Positions 39,298 through 44,270 of a stretch of 44,270 bases of DNA are shown one piece after another. The notes under the pieces are model-generated. The model made no database searches and was not told where the DNA came from. It saw nothing but the letters and a program-made list of their open reading frames with translations. Source of the stretch: a virus. Each line of letters opens with the position of its first letter. Position 1 is the stretch's first letter. The translations under genes and the position numbers were made by a program. Where the stretch lies: the IMG/VR virus record IMGVR_UViG_3300045988_131882, one strand, 5' to 3'.

Positions 39298-40468
39298 AGT
39301 CCGTCATCTCCATAAATCGTTGGTAGTTTCCGTCAAAGGCGATGTGCAAATCGCCTGTAATGCCGCGCTTGTTCTTGGCAAGGGAGAAATAGTATTCGGT
39401 TTCGCCTTTGCCCAAAAGGATGATTGCATCTGCGTCCTGTTCTATCTGGCCGGATTCTTTGAGGTCCTGCACCTTCGGTGCGTCCACGCCGCCTCGGTTT
39501 ATCTGGGCGAGCGCCACGACAAGGCGGCCTGTTGTCTGGGCGAGGGTGTGCAGCTGCATTGAAATGTTTGTGACCACCTCATACCTGCTGTTGCCCCTGC
39601 CGGGAATCAGTTGCAGATAGTCCACGATGATGACATCTGCCTGTTTGGCGGCTGCGGTAGCCGATACCCATGCGACATTTTGACCGCCTGCATTGATGAG
39701 CCATAGCGGCAGGCTGCTGATAGTTGCGCATGCCTTGGCGTATTCTTCATCCTGCGGGGCGCGGCGCTTAAAGACGATCTCTTCCATCGGGATAAGGGCA
39801 AAGCAGGAAATGAGCTTATCAAACAAGCCGACATGGTCTGTCTCATAGGAGAAGAAGCAGACCTTTTTGCCGTCCTTTGCAAATTGCAATGCCATCTGCA
39901 AACCGAGCGCGGTCTTGCCTGCGCTGGGTCTGCCGCCGACAACGACCATCTGTCCGGGGCGGATAGAGCAGCGCCTATCCAGCGCGCCGAGCCCGGTCTT
40001 GATGCTGTGGTCTGTCTTGTCGTTCTGCTCCATGAGCCACTTGCCTGCGACCTCTGCAACGGTCATGCAGCGGCTATCGACGCTGTCCTCTGTGAGAACG
40101 TCAGAGAGGGCCGCAGAAAGGCCGCGCATGTCATCGACGCTCTTTCCAGCTTCGGCAATTTGAAGGCCAATCCGGGCGGCTCTGCGGCGCTGAGAGGCAT
40201 CCTTGACAGCGGCAACGAATTTTCGGTAACCGCTGATAGAAGGAAGCGATGCAGCACACACCGCGGCGGTCTCGCGGTTCTTCATAAGCACATAGTCATC
40301 CTGTGCGAAGTACCCGCGTGTTGTGTACATGGATTTGATCTCGGCGAATGTGGCGGCGCAGGCACCGTCCGCAAAGTCGCTTTCGCTTAGGTGGTCGATG
40401 CAGTAGAGGATGCTGTCCGGCGCGTAGACCATTGCGCCGATAACGCATTGTTCCGGTGTCGGGTTCAA
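39290..40468 (-). CDS. dnaB: Replicative DNA helicase (DnaB-like)
   Basis: Walker A is GGRPSAGKTALGLQMAL and Walker B is VIIVDYLQLI. An N-terminal DnaB-type domain is present. 392 aa. Confidence 0.88.
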   Translation of the reverse strand: MNPTPEQCVIGAMVYAPDSILYCIDHLSESDFADGACAATFAEIKSMYTTRGYFAQDDYVLMKNRETAAVCAASLPSISGYRKFVAAVKDASQRRRAARIGLQIAEAGKSVDDMRGLSAALSDVLTEDSVDSRCMTVAEVAGKWLMEQNDKTDHSIKTGLGALDRRCSIRPGQMVVVGGRPSAGKTALGLQMALQFAKDGKKVCFFSYETDHVGLFDKLISCFALIPMEEIVFKRRAPQDEEYAKACATISSLPLWLINAGGQNVAWVSATAAAKQADVIIVDYLQLIPGRGNSRYEVVTNISMQLHTLAQTTGRLVVALAQINRGGVDAPKVQDLKESGQIEQDADAIILLGKGETEYYFSLAKNKRGITGDLHIAFDGNYQRFMEMTDYD

Positions 40469-41121
40469 TCAATCCACTTCCTTTCCTGCGGGGCCGTCTG
40501 CTGGCGGCTACGCTCCCATGTGCGCACTGCGGCTTTCCAGTCTTTCATTTGGTTCCTGCCTACCTTCCAGTCCTTGCTTGTGTAGAAGTCGCAGAATTCA
40601 CTTCCGTCAATGCCGTTACGGCGCTCCTGACAATAGGCGTTGACTTCATCCGGTGTTGGGGGAACAAACCGCTTTGAAACAGGCACACCCTCGTCCCCCT
40701 GTGGGGGATTATAGGGGGTATTCTTAACTTCTTTATTCTTCTTTATATTAGGGTCTGTGTTAGCACTGTGTTGGTTCTGTGTTACCTGTTTGTTAGCTTC
40801 TGTGTTAGCACATTGGTAGTCGCTGTAATTATTTACCGTAAATACGCTGAATTTCCCATGTTCGCACTGTGTTATTTCTTGTGTTGATTTTAGATGGTTT
40901 ATAGCAGTGCGAACGGATTGAACACTTATGCCAGTATCTGTTGAAATTTGACGGATAGAGGAAACGGCCTGACCTGGTTCTAGTTGGACGCCTTTGTAGT
41001 AGCACGGCTCATAGCAAGCCAGAAACAGCAAGTGCAGAAACACACATTTTGTAGGGGTGTCGGTATACCAGCCCCACTTCATCATGCGACGGTACAGCTT
41101 GATATAGCCCTCGTTAGCCAT
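40465..41121 (-). CDS. Phage replisome organiser / DnaD-like replication initiation protein
   Basis: MANEGYIKLYRRMMKWGWYTDTPTKCVFLHLLFLACY...SIRQISTDTGISVQSVRTAINHLK is the winged-helix organiser N-domain pattern. It lies upstream of the helicase gene. Confidence 0.7.
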   Translation of the reverse strand: MANEGYIKLYRRMMKWGWYTDTPTKCVFLHLLFLACYEPCYYKGVQLEPGQAVSSIRQISTDTGISVQSVRTAINHLKSTQEITQCEHGKFSVFTVNNYSDYQCANTEANKQVTQNQHSANTDPNIKKNKEVKNTPYNPPQGDEGVPVSKRFVPPTPDEVNAYCQERRNGIDGSEFCDFYTSKDWKVGRNQMKDWKAAVRTWERSRQQTAPQERKWID

Positions 41122-41124
41122 TTT

Positions 41125-41364
41125 TCAACACTCCAAGTAATATTCTGCGACGCGGCACAGTCTGCCGTAACGGTTGCGGCGCTGCACCATGCGGGATGCC
41201 ACCGGGACGCCCCGGCGCTTTAGGTCTGTAATGCGGGAGGCAAGGCGACTGCATCCGAAGTCCTCGAGTGCATCCAGTGCGGTCAATGTGCCGCCGGATT
41301 CCAGCACGGCTAAAATCTGGTCAAGCTGGCTCGGCTGCTTTCTTTCATTCGTTCTTTCTTTCAT
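41125..41364 (-). CDS. Winged-helix DNA-binding protein
   Basis: MKERTNERKQPSQLDQILAVLESGGTLTALDALEDFGCSRLASRITDLKRRGVPVASRMV... GAGGTG lies upstream of the ATG at 41362-41364 rc. Confidence 0.6.
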   Translation of the reverse strand: MKERTNERKQPSQLDQILAVLESGGTLTALDALEDFGCSRLASRITDLKRRGVPVASRMVQRRNRYGRLCRVAEYYLEC

Positions 41365-41374
41365 GACGCGCACC

Positions 41375-41815
41375 TCAGAACGGCAAATCACCGTCATCTT
41401 CAATGAGGGCGTAGTCGGCATCGGGTTCGCCCTGCGTGCGCTGTGAGGGGGCTGCGGGACGCTGTGCGGCGTTCTGCGGGGCTGGGCTAGCACTTTCCTT
41501 ACTGCCGCAGAAACTCACGTTCTGGGCCACGATTTCAACGGCTGTGCGGTTCTGGCCGCTCTTGTCCTGATACTGCCGGGTCTGCAAGCGGCCATCAATG
41601 GCAATGAGGGAGCCTTTAGGAAAGTATTTGCAGATGAATTCGGCAGTCTTGCCCCAGGCGGTGACATCGAGCCAGTTCGTCTGGCTCTGGCCGCTGGCAT
41701 CCTTATAGCCGGAATCGTTGGCGATGCGGAACGAACAGACGGACTTGCCGCTGTTCGTGGTTTTGAGTTCCGGCGATGCAGCGAGTCTTCCGATGATAGC
41801 AACGACATTCAACAT
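41375..41815 (-). CDS. ssb: Single-stranded DNA-binding protein
   Basis: The OB-fold N-terminus is MLNVVAIIGRLAASPELKTTNSGKSVCSFRIA. The acidic tail ends DDGDLPF. Confidence 0.9.
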   Translation of the reverse strand: MLNVVAIIGRLAASPELKTTNSGKSVCSFRIANDSGYKDASGQSQTNWLDVTAWGKTAEFICKYFPKGSLIAIDGRLQTRQYQDKSGQNRTAVEIVAQNVSFCGSKESASPAPQNAAQRPAAPSQRTQGEPDADYALIEDDGDLPF

Positions 41816-41818
41816 AGG

Positions 41819-42142
41819 TTAGTCCTCCAAGTAGTTAATATAGAAGCGGCGGCGAAAGTCGTCGTGATCCCAATGGTAATAGGCTTCTGCAAGCACTTGG
41901 CCTTGTTTGTGGTAATGGTCTTGCAGGTCGCCGCTTGAATGAATGGCGGCGTGGCAGGCGGGGCAGACGTTAATCCATAGGCCCAGCGCCTTGCTGGCCT
42001 TGCGGCGGCTTCCGCCGTAGATTTCATGCCGGGCGGTGTCTTCAAAGCGGTGGCAGTGATAACAGCGGAACGATTCATGTACGAACAGCGACGGCGCGTA
42101 GCCGTTCTTGTCCAGCTTCACGCCGAATTCATTGCGGGTCAT
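41819..42142 (-). CDS. Zinc-binding (HNH-like?) phage protein
   Basis: RCYHCHRFEDTARHEIYGGSRRKASKALGLWINVCPACHAAIH has Cys/His pairs. Confidence 0.5.
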   Translation of the reverse strand: MTRNEFGVKLDKNGYAPSLFVHESFRCYHCHRFEDTARHEIYGGSRRKASKALGLWINVCPACHAAIHSSGDLQDHYHKQGQVLAEAYYHWDHDDFRRRFYINYLED

Positions 42143-42671
42143 CTTCTGTCAGTCCTTTCAGTTTTGCGATTTCTTCCGGGGTCATGGTGGGGATGCACTG
42201 CTGCTGGCATTCCTGCACGATCAGTTCAATAAGTCGGTGCATCTGTGATGGGTCGAACTGGGAAGAGCCGTACCAGCATTGCAGGTTGTAGAACGTACCC
42301 TGCGGGGTTGTCATTTCATCGAGCTTGTGAACCTGCCAGCCATCGCCCTTGCTCTCCCAGCCGTTTTTGAATGCTTTTGCAGCATCGGCGCGGAGGGTGA
42401 CAAGGGCTGAACTGCCGCCGATGTCGCGTATCAAATCACGGTAGATGTCCAGTACAGGGCGGTTGATTTTGGCGGCAAGCTGGTTCATGAGCGTCCATGC
42501 GTAAGCGTTGGCCGAGAGGCTGCGCTTTTGCGAGGCCGTGCCGATGACGGCGGCAAGGGGCTTTCCCTCGTCAATAACGGCGCGGGCTTTATCGCAGTCG
42601 GCGGGGGAACATTCCAGCGTGATTGTGTTTCCGATAACAACTGCGGTCTTGATGGCAATTTGCTGCTTCAT
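42129..42671 (-). CDS. Possible NinB/Orf-like recombination mediator
   Basis: KRSLSANAYAWTLMNQLAAKI resembles the RSLxQN..lW motif of lambda NinB. It lies in the recombination and replication module. Tentative. Confidence 0.4.
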   Translation of the reverse strand: MKQQIAIKTAVVIGNTITLECSPADCDKARAVIDEGKPLAAVIGTASQKRSLSANAYAWTLMNQLAAKINRPVLDIYRDLIRDIGGSSALVTLRADAAKAFKNGWESKGDGWQVHKLDEMTTPQGTFYNLQCWYGSSQFDPSQMHRLIELIVQECQQQCIPTMTPEEIAKLKGLTEDDPQ

Positions 42672-43378
42672 TTTCTGTGTTCAAACTCCTTCGCAACGCT
42701 GCGCCAATCATCATCGGTGAAGTCCTTAAACAACTTGCCAATAAAGGTCTTTGCTTCTGTTTGGACTGTCTTTTTGTCCTTACCGGTTCGCTGTGCATAT
42801 CCTGCCAGCGCAGTTGTTGCCATGTCCTTTACGACCTGTGCGGTAACTTCTGGTGATGCTGTGACCGGCTGGGGCTCTTCTTCATAGCGCTCTTTAAATT
42901 CATCTGCTTCACTGTCGGAATAGATGCCGTCAAACGCAAGTTTGCAGATTTTTAAAACAACACGGTCAAACAAGCGTTTGTATGCCATCGCATAAGGGTA
43001 AGCATTCTTACAGTTCTGCGCGGATGCTTCGCCAACTTCGTAAAGCCCCTGCTGCTTGTTGGTGTAAGTGAACACAAGAGAGTTCCCGTATCCAGTTTTA
43101 TCAACGGATACGCAATCCGGGTTGAACTTGTCTTTTTCCGGCATGTTATCATTGATTTTCAGGCAGGCGTTGTGACTGATGATAAGGCCGGTATACATCA
43201 TTTTCCCGGTTTTGGTTTCGTTCATGAGAATCCAGAAGTCTGCCTCGTTAAGGTAGGGCCGTTCCTGAATGGCCTTTATGGCTTTGGCACGGCTGGCAAG
43301 GTATTTCGCGCTCTGCACGACAGGGATTTGTTGCCGAGTCTTGAGAGAGTATTCAGAAGTTTTTTCGTTAAACATCAA
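42668..43378 (-). CDS. Conserved early protein; possible single-strand annealing or recombination protein (position-based guess)
   Basis: 236 aa. The motif GEASAQNCKNAYPYAMAYKRLFDRVVLKI is present. It sits beside the NinB-like, SSB and RusA genes. Confidence 0.35.
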   Translation of the reverse strand: MMFNEKTSEYSLKTRQQIPVVQSAKYLASRAKAIKAIQERPYLNEADFWILMNETKTGKMMYTGLIISHNACLKINDNMPEKDKFNPDCVSVDKTGYGNSLVFTYTNKQQGLYEVGEASAQNCKNAYPYAMAYKRLFDRVVLKICKLAFDGIYSDSEADEFKERYEEEPQPVTASPEVTAQVVKDMATTALAGYAQRTGKDKKTVQTEAKTFIGKLFKDFTDDDWRSVAKEFEHRK

Positions 43379-43707
43379 ATAGATTCTCCTTCCGGGTCGG
43401 GGGTGGTGAGGTGGATGCGGTAGCAGGCAGTTGGCGGCTGGGTGGTGCAGGGCTTGCGGGTCTTTAGGTCGTAGAAGTAGACCGGAATGCCGTCTGCCAG
43501 AAAATAGGTGCTGTTCAGGCCGTATTCATGTTTTGCGAAAAGCGGTACAAATGCGCCGATACTCTCGGAATAGATGCGGCGGGCAGCCTGCACGGCGTTA
43601 AAATAACAAGCGCTGATTCCCTTTCCAGTTGGGATGAACTCGGCAAGATGCCGACCCTTCAAAAGTGCGTGCGCCTGCTGAAAGGCGCGGATGTCGTCAA
43701 TGGTCAT
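43375..43707 (-). CDS. Hypothetical protein
   Basis: MTIDDIRAFQQAHALLKGRHLAEFIPTGKG... GGAGGA lies upstream of the ATG at 43705-43707 rc (the track starts at 43866). Confidence 0.55.
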   Translation of the reverse strand: MTIDDIRAFQQAHALLKGRHLAEFIPTGKGISACYFNAVQAARRIYSESIGAFVPLFAKHEYGLNSTYFLADGIPVYFYDLKTRKPCTTQPPTACYRIHLTTPDPEGESI

Positions 43708-43708
43708 T

Positions 43709-43939
43709 TTAGTAGTCCTCCATACAGCGGGAATCTTCCCACGGGTTCGCCGCTTGGACATCCTCACCGGGGAAGTCGTCGGGGTTGTAACACATATCAC
43801 AGCCGAGGATTTCGGTGACGCGGCTGGCAGTTCGAATCTTGTAGATAGTTTCGCATTCTGCGCCACAGACAGGGCAGCGCGGGAACGCTGGTTCGTCAGG
43901 CGGAAAGGGGTTATCTTGATGACCCCAAAAGCTGGTCAT
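43709..43939 (-). CDS. Small zinc-ribbon protein
   Basis: RCPVCGAECETIYKIRTASRVTEILGCDMC. ATGA overlap with the upstream gene. Confidence 0.55.
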   Translation of the reverse strand: MTSFWGHQDNPFPPDEPAFPRCPVCGAECETIYKIRTASRVTEILGCDMCYNPDDFPGEDVQAANPWEDSRCMEDY

Positions 43940-44270
43940 TCGTCGGCCTCCTGATTTTCTTCCTCATCAGAAAAATGCAGCTCCATCAAGTCGGCGATTG
44001 CGAGGTACTCTTTGGCTCGTTTGCTGTCTCCGTGGGTTTTCTTGACGATTTCACGGAATTGCTCCAAATCGCCGTAGAAGCATCCGCACTGTACGCGGAG
44101 AATCTTGTCCTTGCAGCGGAAAAATGTGGTCGCACGGAAAAATCGGCCGAAGCCTTTAACGGTGGCATAGTCCGCGTTGCCGTAGACCCGCGCGTTGCCG
44201 GAGACCAGCGCGTCGCCGTAGACCTCCGCGCTGTCGGAGACCCGCGCGTTGCCGTAGACCTGCGCGTTGC
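43936..44270 (-). CDS. Hexapeptide-repeat early protein, C-terminal part (continuation of 1..383 across the circular junction)
   Basis: ...VSGNARVYGNADYATVKGFGRFFRATTFFRCKDKILRVQCGCFYGDLEQFREIVKKTHGDSKRAKEYLAIADLMELHFSDEEENQEADE, with the stop at 43936-43938 rc. nt 44198-44270 duplicate nt 1-73. Confidence 0.8.
   Translation of the reverse strand, partial: NAQVYGNARVSDSAEVYGDALVSGNARVYGNADYATVKGFGRFFRATTFFRCKDKILRVQCGCFYGDLEQFREIVKKTHGDSKRAKEYLAIADLMELHFSDEEENQEADE
44180..44270. repeat. Continuation of the 18-bp tandem repeat array; the last 73 nt duplicate the window start
   Basis: ccgtagacccgcgcgttg, ccggagaccagcgcgtcg, ccgtagacctccgcgctg, tcggagacccgcgcgttg, ccgtagacctgcgcgttg, then c. 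Confidence 0.95.

Larger units (their letters stand above)
1..44270. mobile_element. Complete temperate phage genome (circular or terminally redundant assembly; unique length 44,197 bp)
   Basis: nt 44198-44270 are identical to nt 1-73. The edge-broken minus-strand ORF closes in frame when the ends are joined (383+262 nt = 215 codons). Lysogeny, attP, packaging, head, tail, lysis and replication modules are all present. Confidence 0.85.

Overview
The window is a complete temperate phage genome. Its last 73 nt (44198-44270) repeat nt 1-73, and the gene cut by the window edge closes in frame when the ends are joined, giving a unique length of 44,197 bp. By inference only, the host is a Gram-positive, fairly GC-rich Clostridia-type bacterium: AGGAGG-type ribosome-binding sites, an M23+GH25 endolysin, and an attP core that copies a CCA-encoding tRNA 3' end.

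Layout:
- Genetic switch at 814-1558: a Cro-like and a cI-like XRE gene, divergent around a palindromic operator.
- Lysogeny module on the + strand (1232-4612): repressor, three membrane proteins, tyrosine integrase.
- attP (about 4651-4883).
- Accessory island (4920-8464): lipoprotein, orphan N6-adenine methyltransferase, two RHH regulators with operator arrays, and a J-domain-like protein.
- Late region on the + strand (8644-32614): terS, a 1.2-kb non-coding gap, terL, scaffold, capsid, portal, podovirus-like tail and fibre genes with no tube, sheath or tape-measure gene recognised, endolysin and holin, a 2130-aa virion protein, and a terminal LuxR/GerE-like plus C1q-like cargo cassette.
- Early and replication operon on the - strand (44270 down to 32669): SSB, DnaB-like helicase, replisome organiser, RusA, PAPS-reductase-like enzyme, Lar, and an ArpU/sigma-like late regulator.

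Most unusual items:
- The ORF-poor, terminator-containing, repeat-bearing terS-terL gap, which holds a 58-nt tRNA-shaped element with no anticodon arm.
- A 39-nt hairpin repeat placed directly before two of the seven intrinsic terminators in the late region.
- The HTH-TM plus GY-repeat membrane trio in the lysogeny module.
- A C9 tract that splits a fibre-like gene from its good start codon.
- A possible SinI-like mini-ORF antisense to the end of the repressor gene.

All functions were assigned by eye from motifs. No database search was possible.
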